Positions 17,590 through 26,689 of a stretch of 51,423 nucleotides of DNA are shown here, in pieces. Position 1 is the stretch's first letter. Each line of letters opens with the position of its first letter. The stretch is taken from NCBI GenBank assembly GCA_016219065.1, contig JACRCK010000115.1, positions 1-51,423 on the forward strand, given 5' to 3'. Below the pieces are notes generated by a model. It had not been told where the DNA came from. It searched no databases and saw only the letters and a program-made list of their open reading frames with translations. This DNA comes from Deltaproteobacteria bacterium (GTDB lineage Bacteria; Desulfobacterota; RBG-13-43-22). A program made the translations under genes and the position numbers.

Positions 17590-18938
17590 CAGGGAACGAC
17601 ATGAATAAAGGTCTCGGCGATCCCCATCTGTTCCTGGTTGATGTGATGATGGAATTCCACCGCTACTCGGTGGCTGCCGATGTCTCGGGCCGTGGGTTTG
17701 ATCAGCAGATCGAAACGACGGGCCGCGGTCAGCTCAAAGGGTACCCCGGCGGCGATGGTGAAGGGCCGGCTGTATTTAGTATACGGGTCCTGACCCAACA
17801 CCCGCCCGTCCATGGCGATGACCTCGGCGTTCAGGCCGCTGATGGTGTATTTATTCAAGGAATACGCGGCGCAGAGCAAGCGGACCAGCAGGGTCTGCCC
17901 TACCCGGACCGTGGCGGCCACGCCGGAGTCCACCTGATTTCCGGGCAGGTTGCGACTCCAGGGATGAGGGCGGCCGGTAATCAGGAAATAGCGGGGGCTG
18001 AAATTATCAAAATGGGGGTTCTGGGGATCATTGTAGGCCATGAGGGTAGTTCCCGGAAGCGGGAATCCGGCGCTGTGGTCGGCCGCTCCGATGATGTGCC
18101 AGCGGGGGTCCACGTCATCCGAGACCCAGATTGCTTCCACGTCGTAGGGCACGATGTCGTTTCCCCGGCGGACCCACCCGGGTCCCCCGTCCACGAAGGG
18201 ACCGCCCTTTCCCGGCGGGTCGATGATCAGCATGCCGTACATGCCCATTTCAAAGTGGAGCAGCGTGTTTTTATGGCAGTGGTAAAAATAAGTCCCGGCG
18301 GCGCCGGCCAGCATCTGATAAGTGTAACCGGCTCCGCCGCTGACTTCGAAAGACAGTTTTCCCACGCCGTCGTTCATGGCTGTGGGCTCCATACCGTGCC
18401 AGTGGATGGTGTGGGTATTTTTGTGGCGGGTTAAATGGCCGTGAAAGATCTCCCCCTCCACCACCCGGATGGTAGAGGAGGGAAAAGTACGCACCAAGGG
18501 GGTAGTGCTGTCAAAAAAACCCCAAAACTCCACTAATTGTCCATCGGGCATCTGGACCATCAGGCCGGAGTAAACTTCCGGATTGAAAATTCGGTCGGGG
18601 TTAAGGAGATCGGGTGTCGCCGGGCTGCCTTGGGGCACGTCGGAGGCGAAGGCCTGGAAATGCATCGGCTCAAAGAGGTTTTTCGGGTCCCGGGACAGGA
18701 CGATGGCGGGGTTTCCCAGCCGCAGGGAGCCGGCGCGGACCTGCGGTGCTGTGGACCGAACGATGGAGGTCGGGCTATTGCTGACGGGCCCCGTCGGGGA
18801 AACACCGGGAGCGGGGATCGATTGAACCCGGATGTTGTTCATTGATCCTCCGGTGAATTTGGATCGAACATTTTTTCTTTTAAGGTTGAGGGGTTCCGCC
18901 GAGTTCCGGTTTTTTCTTCTTAATATAGATATTGGCAT
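17589..18938 (-). CDS. Multicopper oxidase B. It has no signal peptide and keeps type-1 Cu plus half of the trinuclear ligands in its first cupredoxin domain.
   Basis: HTIHWHG (nt 18393-18413). HCHKNTLLHFEMGM (nt 18240-18281). AAGGAG lies 8 nt upstream of ATG 18938 (the ORF opens at TTG 18944). The N-terminal ~110 aa are polar with no hydrophobic stretch. Confidence 0.85.
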   Translation of the reverse strand: MPISILRRKNRNSAEPLNLKRKNVRSKFTGGSMNNIRVQSIPAPGVSPTGPVSNSPTSIVRSTAPQVRAGSLRLGNPAIVLSRDPKNLFEPMHFQAFASDVPQGSPATPDLLNPDRIFNPEVYSGLMVQMPDGQLVEFWGFFDSTTPLVRTFPSSTIRVVEGEIFHGHLTRHKNTHTIHWHGMEPTAMNDGVGKLSFEVSGGAGYTYQMLAGAAGTYFYHCHKNTLLHFEMGMYGMLIIDPPGKGGPFVDGGPGWVRRGNDIVPYDVEAIWVSDDVDPRWHIIGAADHSAGFPLPGTTLMAYNDPQNPHFDNFSPRYFLITGRPHPWSRNLPGNQVDSGVAATVRVGQTLLVRLLCAAYSLNKYTISGLNAEVIAMDGRVLGQDPYTKYSRPFTIAAGVPFELTAARRFDLLIKPTARDIGSHRVAVEFHHHINQEQMGIAETFIHVVP

Positions 18939-18971
18939 GATCAATTCTCCTTGTTTCGGGCCACCGGCAGG

Positions 18972-20156
18972 TTAAACCAGGGTCCCCGTAAATTCGATAT
19001 GGACGATCATTCCCTGGGGGTAATTTCCGCCCGCCGCCGCCTGAGAAAGCTCCTGGTGGCTATGCATGGGATAGGCGATGGGAAAGCCCCTACGGATCCC
19101 TCCGGTAATCGGGTCTGGACCCGGATGGCGGGGGTTGCCGTCAAAGCCCTCCTCGGAGGTGCCGTTCTTCAGGCGGGCCCAGGTATCGGGTGGGATGTCC
19201 GGGGGGGGCATCATGGGGTACAGGACATCCTTGCACTCCCCGGGCAGCATGGTCCAGGTGTCGATCCAGAAGACGTCCTCCTGGACTTCCCCCTCCACCG
19301 ACAGCAGATAGCCATGATTGGCGTGGATGTGAGGGGAATGGGTGTCCATACCCACATGGACGTTGCGGATCAACCGCGGTTCACCGGCCATCCCCACCAG
19401 GGAGTTGTCGTGATCCTCGGCGCTGAAGAAGCCGCTTTTGCCGTTGATGGTGAAGTACCGGGGCAGGAAATTGCGTTCAAAGTCTTCTACATTGATCTCC
19501 ACCCCCTGGCGGGCCAGTTCATTGTAGTTGGGATCGATTTCACTGAAAACCCAGAGGTTGGTCCGTTCCGGCCTCCAGGGCTCACCCGGCGGCGGAAAGT
19601 GGGCGGAATTGCCCAGATCGTTGAACAACTGCTGGACCGCCGGGGTAGGGTTCCGGTAGGGGGTCAGGGCGTTCCCGGCCACGGGAATCCGGGGCATGAC
19701 GATCAAGACGCCGTGGAGCCCCAGGACCCGGTTGACCGGACTGGCCACCGGGTCTTGATAGATATAGGTGCCGGGGGGAGGAGCCGGAAAAGCGATAGTC
19801 CGGTTTTCCCCGGGAGGGATCGGCCCGGTACTGACCAGAAAATCGCCCTCGATGTCGCCCAGAACGGCGAACCCATGGTTTTTCCCCAGGGAATTGGTAA
19901 TCCTGATCCGCAGCAGGTCCCCATCCGTGGCGAATATAACAGGTCCCGGGATGCTCGGGCCGGTGATCGGGCCGGCATAGGCATAAGAATAGACTTGCGT
20001 CAGGTCCACCATTTCGTGCCAGACCTCGGTGATATCCAGGTTGATCAATTCCCGGTCGGCCAGGGCTTCGGTAACCTTAAAGATGGGTGGAATACCGCTG
20101 ATCGCCCCGGCGGTGATCGCCGACAATCCCAATTTGATAAAATCTCTTCTGTTCAT
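18972..20156 (-). CDS. Multicopper oxidase A. It has a Tat leader, its first domain lacks Cu ligands, and its second domain has HxxHxH + HSH (no type-1 Cys).
   Basis: GGAGG RBS. Tat leader MNRRDFIKLGLSAITAGA. HSPHIH (nt 19323-19340). HSH (nt 19056-19064). Domain 1 reads NHGFAVLG and GTYIYQDP where HxHG and HxH are expected. Confidence 0.85.
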   Translation of the reverse strand: MNRRDFIKLGLSAITAGAISGIPPIFKVTEALADRELINLDITEVWHEMVDLTQVYSYAYAGPITGPSIPGPVIFATDGDLLRIRITNSLGKNHGFAVLGDIEGDFLVSTGPIPPGENRTIAFPAPPPGTYIYQDPVASPVNRVLGLHGVLIVMPRIPVAGNALTPYRNPTPAVQQLFNDLGNSAHFPPPGEPWRPERTNLWVFSEIDPNYNELARQGVEINVEDFERNFLPRYFTINGKSGFFSAEDHDNSLVGMAGEPRLIRNVHVGMDTHSPHIHANHGYLLSVEGEVQEDVFWIDTWTMLPGECKDVLYPMMPPPDIPPDTWARLKNGTSEEGFDGNPRHPGPDPITGGIRRGFPIAYPMHSHQELSQAAAGGNYPQGMIVHIEFTGTLV

Positions 20157-20480
20157 TTTTCCTCCACTGACTGACTGTCCATTAAATATTTGTATTGAGG
20201 ATCATACAAATCATGTTGTTTACTCGTATCATTTTTATGTACAATGATAATAAGTGTTAATTTTTTTTTAAATAGGTTAAATTACGTATTTTTTATATAA
20301 TTATTACCCATAGTAGTTGTTAGTAGGTTAACATCCTGTTTGGAAAATCATACCCGGGCTATTTGAAAAATTTTTTAATCCGGATCCAAGCAGGATCCTT
20401 TACATGGCCGGATGAACATGATACCTTGGTAATGATATTGATCTAAAAATCAAATTCACGGGTTGCGCAGGCCGACCACC

Positions 20481-21137
20481 ATGGTTGATAAAAAAAAGCT
20501 TTTGATTGTTGACGACCACACGATCCTGCGGGAAGGATTGAAAGCCCTTTTGTTAACCAGTACAGATCTGGAAATCGTGGGGGAAGCCGATGACGGCCGC
20601 AAAGCCGTCCATCTAGCGGAGACCTTGTCGCCGGATTTGATCCTGATGGATTTATCCATGCCCCGCATGGACGGTATGGAAGCCGTTCGGGAGATAAAAA
20701 AGAAATGGCCGGATATCAAGGTGTTGGCCCTGACAGTCCATAAAACCGAGGAATATGTCCTGATGACCCTCCAGGCCGGGGTGGACGGATACCTGTTGAA
20801 GGATGCCACCCATCAGGAAATGATGACCGCGGTCCGCAGTGTTTTGGTGGGAAAACGCTACCTAAGCCCGGGAATATCGGAAAAGGTGATCGAGGGCTAC
20901 CTGAACGGGAAACAGACGGTCAAGACCCGGAGTTCCTGGGACAGTCTGACTTCCCGGGAACGGGAAGTCCTGAAGTTGATCGGCGAAGGATATAAGAACA
21001 AAGGGATCGCCGACCAGTTGAACATCAGTCCGAAAACGGTGGAGAAACACCGGGCCAATTTAATGGAAAAGCTTAATCTGCATAATACCTCGGAATTGAC
21101 GGCCTACGCCATCGAGAAGGGGCTGGTGGTCAAATAA
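20481..21137 (+). CDS. NarL/FixJ-type response regulator (receiver + LuxR HTH)
   Basis: LLIVDDH, DLILMDLSMPRMDG, LTSREREVLKLIGEGYKNKGIADQLNISPKTVEKHRANLMEKL. The ORF opens at TTG 20463, and ATG 20481 gives MVDKKKLLIVDDH. Confidence 0.9.
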   Translation: MVDKKKLLIVDDHTILREGLKALLLTSTDLEIVGEADDGRKAVHLAETLSPDLILMDLSMPRMDGMEAVREIKKKWPDIKVLALTVHKTEEYVLMTLQAGVDGYLLKDATHQEMMTAVRSVLVGKRYLSPGISEKVIEGYLNGKQTVKTRSSWDSLTSREREVLKLIGEGYKNKGIADQLNISPKTVEKHRANLMEKLNLHNTSELTAYAIEKGLVVK

Positions 21138-21236
21138 AGCACGATACTGGATAAAGGCGAAAAACGATACTTGACCCTGGATGAAAGGCCCCCTCAGATT
21201 ATGATTTTTTCCAGCATCCAGCATCGTTTTTTGTTT

Positions 21237-23384
21237 TTATCCAGCATCTGCATTAATCAACGGCCAGGTCACTTTGATCTGTGTTCCCTGACCCGCCTTG
21301 GATAAGATCTGAAAGGTTCCGCCGGACAATTCCGCCCGCTCCCGCATGCCGGGCAGGCCCAGACCCCGGGCTTCAGACCCCTTGGCCGTTACCCGTTTGA
21401 CCGGAAAGCCCCGCCCGTTATCCTTGATTTCCAGGTCCAGCCGGTGGAAATTCCGACTCAACTTCAACCGGACCCGGCTGGCCTCGCTGTGCTTGGCAAT
21501 GTTGTTCAGGGACTCCTGAATGATGCGAAAGATCACCGTCTTCAGGTTTTCAGGACACTGGTCCTCCAAAAGATCGATATCTTGATCGATCTGGATCCCG
21601 GGATAGGTTTTCTGGAATTCCCGGGTAAACCAGGCAATGGTCGCCAGAATTCCCAAATCGTCGAGCATGCTCGGCCGTAAGTCCATGCAGATACGCCGGA
21701 TTTCTTCAATGACTTCCTGGACTATCGGCACGATGGATTGCAGCCCCCGGGCGTCGGCCGGCCGTTCAGCAACGGCCTGGCCGAGCAGGGCGTTTTCCAC
21801 CCGGTATTTGATGGCGCTCAAATATTGCCCCACCCCGTCGTGCAGCTCTTTGGCGATTCGTTTCCGTTCGGTTTCCTGGGCCAACAGGACCTGGGAGGAA
21901 AGAAGACGCAATCGTTTTTCCGATTCCTGAAGGGCCAGCTCTGATTTTTTAATGGCGCTGATGTCCCGGGCTTCGGCGATCAACAGTCCCACCTTTGGCG
22001 GGTCATTTAAAACTAAAACCGGTTTAATGGAAAAATCGATCCATTGCCGGGCCCCCGGGGACAGGGAGACCGGTATTTCGAAGCGGACGAACTTACCCCG
22101 GGCGGCTGCGGAGATGCCTTTTTTAACTCTTTCCTGGAGGCTCCGCGGGACCTTTTTTTGGAGTTGGAGAAGATGTTTCCCAATGATATCTTGGTATTTC
22201 AGGTCCAGAAAGTCCAGGGTGGCCTGGTTCACTTCCAGTACCGTCCCATCCGGTTTCAACAGCCCGATCAATTGAAAAGTTTGGTTGAAAATGGCCCGGA
22301 ACTTCTGTTCGCTCTGTCCCAGGGCGCCCAGGGCCGCCTGCCGGGCTTCCATTTCTACCCGGAGTCGGGTATTGACCTGCAGCAGTTCGGCCGTCCGGTC
22401 TTGAACCTGCTGTTCCAGTCGGGACTGGGCCTGCCGGAGGGCGACCTCGGCCTTTTTACGTTCGGTGATGTCCCGGATGATGGCGGTGAAGTGCACCCCC
22501 CCGCCGGACTCCCACTCGGACAGGGACAATTCGATCGGGATTTCATGGCCGTCCCGGTGGCGGCCGGTGGCCTCTAGGGTCCGGCCCACCAGATGATAAA
22601 TCCCGGTGACCCGCACCCTTTCCATAGCCGCACAATGCCTTTCCTGAAAGCGGTCAGGGATGATGACCGTAACCGGCTGGCCGAGGGCTTCGGCCTCGGA
22701 GTATCCGAAAAGAGAAGCGGCCCGGCCGTTCCAGAAGAGGATCAGGCCCTGGCTGTCGGCGGAAACAATGGCGTCGGTAGCGGTTTGGGCCACGGCCCGG
22801 AAATGCTCCTCGCTGTTGCGGAGCAGTTGCAGGTTGCGGCTGTTGCAAAGGGCCACCCCCGCCAGTTCACCGAAGAGGGCGGCGGTCTGGGCGTCGGTTT
22901 CCGAGAAACCGCCGGGTTTATTGGCCAGACCGATCAGGCCGACGGTTTTTTCCCGAATTTTTAAAGGCGCAAAAAGGACGTTTTCCAGCCGGGCATGTTC
23001 CCGGGGCAGGAATTTTGCCCAAGGGCTTCGGGGAAAATCGTTGTGATAGATCACCCGTCCCGTTTGATAGGCTTCGGCCAGCAGCCCCCGGATCGACATG
23101 GGCAGAGAACGATCTACGGCACAAGGCAGTCCCTCGGCATCCAGGAAAAGCAGGTCATTCTCCAGCCCTCCTTTGGACAGGAGGGCCACATAGCCGGCGG
23201 TGGTGCCCAGGAGTTTTTTTAAGATCCGGTAGATGACGGCGGCGGTTTCCTTGAAATCGTCGTGGGCCAGGATTTGCCGGGAGCCTTCCTGAAGGGCCAG
23301 GATGATGGCCTGTGACCCGGGTTCCCGGGGCCGCCCGGGCGGAGAAACGGGGTTGGTCTGGTCGGCTTGGTTCATAAAAAACAA
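21237..23384 (-). CDS. Cytoplasmic sensor histidine kinase: GAF, two PAS, HisKA_3, HATPase_c
   Basis: No TM segments. PAS-like blocks (..SADSQGLILFWNGRAASLFGY.., ..GTVLEVNQATLDFL..). H-box ERKRIAKELHDGVGQ. ATPase N/G boxes IIQESLNNIAKH, DNGRGF, GLGLPGMRERA. Confidence 0.9.
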   Translation of the reverse strand: MFFMNQADQTNPVSPPGRPREPGSQAIILALQEGSRQILAHDDFKETAAVIYRILKKLLGTTAGYVALLSKGGLENDLLFLDAEGLPCAVDRSLPMSIRGLLAEAYQTGRVIYHNDFPRSPWAKFLPREHARLENVLFAPLKIREKTVGLIGLANKPGGFSETDAQTAALFGELAGVALCNSRNLQLLRNSEEHFRAVAQTATDAIVSADSQGLILFWNGRAASLFGYSEAEALGQPVTVIIPDRFQERHCAAMERVRVTGIYHLVGRTLEATGRHRDGHEIPIELSLSEWESGGGVHFTAIIRDITERKKAEVALRQAQSRLEQQVQDRTAELLQVNTRLRVEMEARQAALGALGQSEQKFRAIFNQTFQLIGLLKPDGTVLEVNQATLDFLDLKYQDIIGKHLLQLQKKVPRSLQERVKKGISAAARGKFVRFEIPVSLSPGARQWIDFSIKPVLVLNDPPKVGLLIAEARDISAIKKSELALQESEKRLRLLSSQVLLAQETERKRIAKELHDGVGQYLSAIKYRVENALLGQAVAERPADARGLQSIVPIVQEVIEEIRRICMDLRPSMLDDLGILATIAWFTREFQKTYPGIQIDQDIDLLEDQCPENLKTVIFRIIQESLNNIAKHSEASRVRLKLSRNFHRLDLEIKDNGRGFPVKRVTAKGSEARGLGLPGMRERAELSGGTFQILSKAGQGTQIKVTWPLINADAG

Positions 23385-23472
23385 TTGCTACAATTATGTT
23401 AAATCATCATTATAAGCGATAGCGGGACGCGGGTCAATGGCCCGAATAGGCCGGGGATGAAGGTGGGCTTCC

Positions 23473-23509
23473 AAAAAAATCGCCCCCCGGACCATGGGTC
23501 CGGGGGGCG
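23473..23509 (-). terminator. Rho-independent terminator of the pilin operon
   Basis: 13-bp GC stem cgccccccggacc/ggtccggggggcg with a U-tract on the minus strand. Confidence 0.8.
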
Positions 23510-23537
23510 GGAGAAAAGGTTGGGTTTTGAGGTGGAC

Positions 23538-24791
23538 TTAAAATTCCTTCCAGGAGATCATCTTGTAGCCGGTAACGGCCCCGCCGCCGCCGCCTTGATT
23601 TTTCAGCGCCTCGTCATAGTGAATGCTGCCCTGCCCGGTGACGGTAATATTCTTGGAAATAACCGAACCGAAAATATCCGCCTGTCCGGTAAAGGTGGCG
23701 TTGGCTTTGGGGGCATAGATAGCGGCGTATAAGACGGATTGGCCGGCCAACTTGAGGTCCTGACAGCTCTCCGTTCCGTAAACGATTACTTTTTCTGCTT
23801 TTTGATTCAGGTTGACGATGCCCTGGCCGTCCATGTCGATGTTGCCGTTGACGTACATGGTCAGGGAGGCACCGTCGTTGATCTTCAGTTTCGACTGCCC
23901 CGCGGTTTTAAAATTTCCGTCCACATAAAGGGTCACGTTGCCGTTGATCGTGACCGTGTTTTGCCCGGACAACTGGATGCTGGAGACCCGGTATTCACCG
24001 CCCGAAATGGTCATGGTGCCGGACAAGGTCAGGGGGATGCCCCCGCCCGGGTCCTGCTTGGGCGTCATGTCTTTCTTCTCGGAAGCCACGGTTTTCTCGC
24101 CGAAGACCTGGGCCTGGCCGGAAGTGGTCACGTCGGTGGGTGCCCCTTCGGGACCGACGATGGCATTGCCGTAGATATCGGACTGCCCTATCAGGTCGAT
24201 GACTCCTGAACCCTTGGCGTTGGTACCGATGTTTCCGTTGCGGCGGATGCCTTCGGCGGTCCAGGCGCCGGCATTGGAGTCAAAGCTGTCCACGTAACCC
24301 TGGCCCTTCATGGCCACCCAGTCATCCCCGAAAATCCCGCAATCGAAGGTGGAACCGGAATGTTTCAACTGAATGACCACCTTGATCTTTCTTTCCACTC
24401 CGTTGGCCCCGGACGAATAACCCACGGAATCGATCTGGTAATAAGGTTTGCCAGTGCCGTCATAAGCAATGGCCCTGTTGCCGGCATTGTCTGTTCGGGT
24501 CACATAAGAGACGGTAAAACTGTTGGAAAAGCCCGTAGTGCTGCCGGACTGGTTCCAGCCGGCCTGCCCGTTGCCGACGATGGTTTTATTCAGGATTTGG
24601 CGGGCGGCGTCGGCAATGCCGGCGTCGGCATTCTGCAAGGCGTCGGCGGCGTAACGGTAATTGGCGGATATTTTTTTGCCTGTGTTGGAGCTGAACAGGG
24701 CGGTTGATCCGATGAGCGACAGGAGCATGAGCAACACCAGGATCGTGACCAGGGCCATTCCTTGCTGATTTTTGATGAGGATCTTTTTCAT
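23538..24791 (-). CDS. pilX: PilX-like minor pilin fused to a large beta-helix-like C-terminal domain
   Basis: AGGAGG lies 8 nt upstream of ATG 24791. MKKILIKNQQGMALVTILVLLMLLSLIGSTALFSS. The C-terminal half has repetitive G/N/V-rich strands (TVTINGNVTLYVDGNF..INDGASLTMYVNGNIDM..). Confidence 0.75.
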   Translation of the reverse strand: MKKILIKNQQGMALVTILVLLMLLSLIGSTALFSSNTGKKISANYRYAADALQNADAGIADAARQILNKTIVGNGQAGWNQSGSTTGFSNSFTVSYVTRTDNAGNRAIAYDGTGKPYYQIDSVGYSSGANGVERKIKVVIQLKHSGSTFDCGIFGDDWVAMKGQGYVDSFDSNAGAWTAEGIRRNGNIGTNAKGSGVIDLIGQSDIYGNAIVGPEGAPTDVTTSGQAQVFGEKTVASEKKDMTPKQDPGGGIPLTLSGTMTISGGEYRVSSIQLSGQNTVTINGNVTLYVDGNFKTAGQSKLKINDGASLTMYVNGNIDMDGQGIVNLNQKAEKVIVYGTESCQDLKLAGQSVLYAAIYAPKANATFTGQADIFGSVISKNITVTGQGSIHYDEALKNQGGGGGAVTGYKMISWKEF

Positions 24792-24831
24792 ACAGCGGCC
24801 TCCTATCAGAGTATTTTTTGAAAATCGGGTT

Positions 24832-25713
24832 TTATTTGATATTCTTCGGCGCCACGCTGACATTGAATATTTTTTGCCGATAGCCGCTGTTGGTCCCATA
24901 GTCCGAGTCGGGGGCCGCGGTCCGGGCCGTCAGGGTCAGGTTGGTTCTATTGCCGTTCGGCACGGCCTGCAGGTTGGTGATGTCCGCGGCCACGGACACA
25001 AAAGGCCCGCTGTTTTCTTTTCGCATTAAAACCGGAGGGGATGCCGAAGTGAAGAGCTCGTAGGAGATGACACTGATTTTACCCACTTCCGACCATTGGC
25101 CGTGATTTTTGATCAGCCCCTGGTTGCCGGACACGGCCGGATTGGTATCGATAGTCAACTGGCTGCCGGTCACCGCCATCACTTTGGCGTTCTCGAAATC
25201 CTCTCCCACATAGATCACGTCCCCCACTGTGTAAAGAGCTGCGGTCTCCGAGCCACCCAGATTTAAAGTAATGGTGGTACTTCCCGAGCCAGCGGCTGTA
25301 GTCAGCTTGGTCGGGTTGGTGCCTTCCCCCAGTGCCCCGATGATCGTAACAGCATCGGGGTTGGTCCCGCTGCCCTGGGTGATTTTCACCGGATAATCAC
25401 CGGCGCTCAGGGAGACCGGGACGGGCGCCGGATTGGCCGGTAAAAATCCGCTGGGGATCATCTGGGCCACCGCACCCAGGGTTCCCCCGCTCAGGGCGAC
25501 TTTGAGTCCGGCAGACCGGGCCTCGCGACCGATGACCTCCGTGCAACCCAGGATGTTCTGGTTGAGGGCCAGGACCTGGTCCTGAACGGAAAAGGTCTTC
25601 TGGTTGAAGGCAAAGATGCTGTACATGGACCCCAAGATCAGGATCAATAGGCCCATGGTGACCAGGAGTTCAACGAGGCTGAAACCTCTAGGCGGCACGG
25701 CTGGACGTTTCAT
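24832..25713 (-). CDS. pilW: PilW-like minor pilin (prepilin N-terminal methylation motif)
   Basis: MKRPAVPPRG/FSLVELLVTMGLLILILG. Confidence 0.75.
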   Translation of the reverse strand: MKRPAVPPRGFSLVELLVTMGLLILILGSMYSIFAFNQKTFSVQDQVLALNQNILGCTEVIGREARSAGLKVALSGGTLGAVAQMIPSGFLPANPAPVPVSLSAGDYPVKITQGSGTNPDAVTIIGALGEGTNPTKLTTAAGSGSTTITLNLGGSETAALYTVGDVIYVGEDFENAKVMAVTGSQLTIDTNPAVSGNQGLIKNHGQWSEVGKISVISYELFTSASPPVLMRKENSGPFVSVAADITNLQAVPNGNRTNLTLTARTAAPDSDYGTNSGYRQKIFNVSVAPKNIK

Positions 25714-25715
25714 GG

Positions 25716-26111
25716 TTAATGCCCCTCGTCGGCTACCAGTGACTTTAGGGTCACTGCTTTGGCACCGCTTTCCCAGGTTACGCGGACCGTGACCTTTTTG
25801 GTTCCGGTAGTCGGACCTGAGGTCACGGTCCAGGTTCGAGTGTAGATACCCCCGTCCCCATTGGTGCCCTGGGAATTCAGCGGATTCTGGGGATCACTGA
25901 AATTCTGGAGCGCCAGCGAGCCGTAAGTATCCTTTTTGAGTTCATCTATCTTGTTTTGGGCCAGCCGCGTGGCAATGCTGTCCGCGGAAGAGTCCTGGTT
26001 CGCCCCGATGGTTGTCACCCCCATCTGGGTCAGGGCAAAAAGACCCGCAGCCAGGATGACCAAGGCCACGAACAATTCAATTAGAGTAAAGCCTTTATTC
26101 TGTTTGATCAT
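25716..26111 (-). CDS. pilV: PilV-like minor pilin
   Basis: MIKQNKG/FTLIELFVALVILAAGLFAL, 131 aa. Confidence 0.75.
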   Translation of the reverse strand: MIKQNKGFTLIELFVALVILAAGLFALTQMGVTTIGANQDSSADSIATRLAQNKIDELKKDTYGSLALQNFSDPQNPLNSQGTNGDGGIYTRTWTVTSGPTTGTKKVTVRVTWESGAKAVTLKSLVADEGH

Positions 26112-26689
26112 AGGTCAACCACCATGGTGGAAATTTTTCCAATGCTGGAAACCGCAATGGTTCCTCTTGTGTAGGCGTTTTGGACTTGGATATTGGCAGC
26201 GGTGCTGGATCCCCAGGTCTGGAATTCGACTACATTTCCGATCGGCGCCGTAATGGAAACCCCCTCATGAAAAAAAGGATTGGAACTGGAATTGAAATCC
26301 CTTGTGATTTCACCGCTCTGGTCTCTCCAAACGGCCCCGTCCCAATATTGAAATTTATAAGAAGTGTCGTTCAGGAAGAGCAGACGGGATTTTTTGCTCT
26401 GGGAAATAGCCCGCATTTTGGCCAGGTTAAGATCCATAGCAATGGTCTGGGTTGCTCCCCGGACATTGGCGGAATCGGCGATGACCCCCAGGTTCGGGAT
26501 GGCGATGGTGATCAGGATGGCCAGCAGGGCCACCACCACCAGCATTTCGACCAGGGTAAATCCCCGATCTCTGAGCCGGGTGTTTGCGGCCAGGAAGGCC
26601 CTGGAAGAAAAGTTGCCTCCTGTTCGGCCCCGGGTATTGAGAATAGTCGCAACGGAAATTGTCTTTTGCATAACCGGCGGATCAGCCAT
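26108..26689 (-). CDS. fimT: GspH/FimT-like minor pilin with an unusually long leader
   Basis: ..RLRDRG/FTLVEMLVVVALLAILITIAIP. There is no in-frame ATG/GTG/TTG closer than 37 codons to the G/F cleavage site. It overlaps pilV by 4 nt. Confidence 0.7.
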   Translation of the reverse strand: MADPPVMQKTISVATILNTRGRTGGNFSSRAFLAANTRLRDRGFTLVEMLVVVALLAILITIAIPNLGVIADSANVRGATQTIAMDLNLAKMRAISQSKKSRLLFLNDTSYKFQYWDGAVWRDQSGEITRDFNSSSNPFFHEGVSITAPIGNVVEFQTWGSSTAANIQVQNAYTRGTIAVSSIGKISTMVVDL

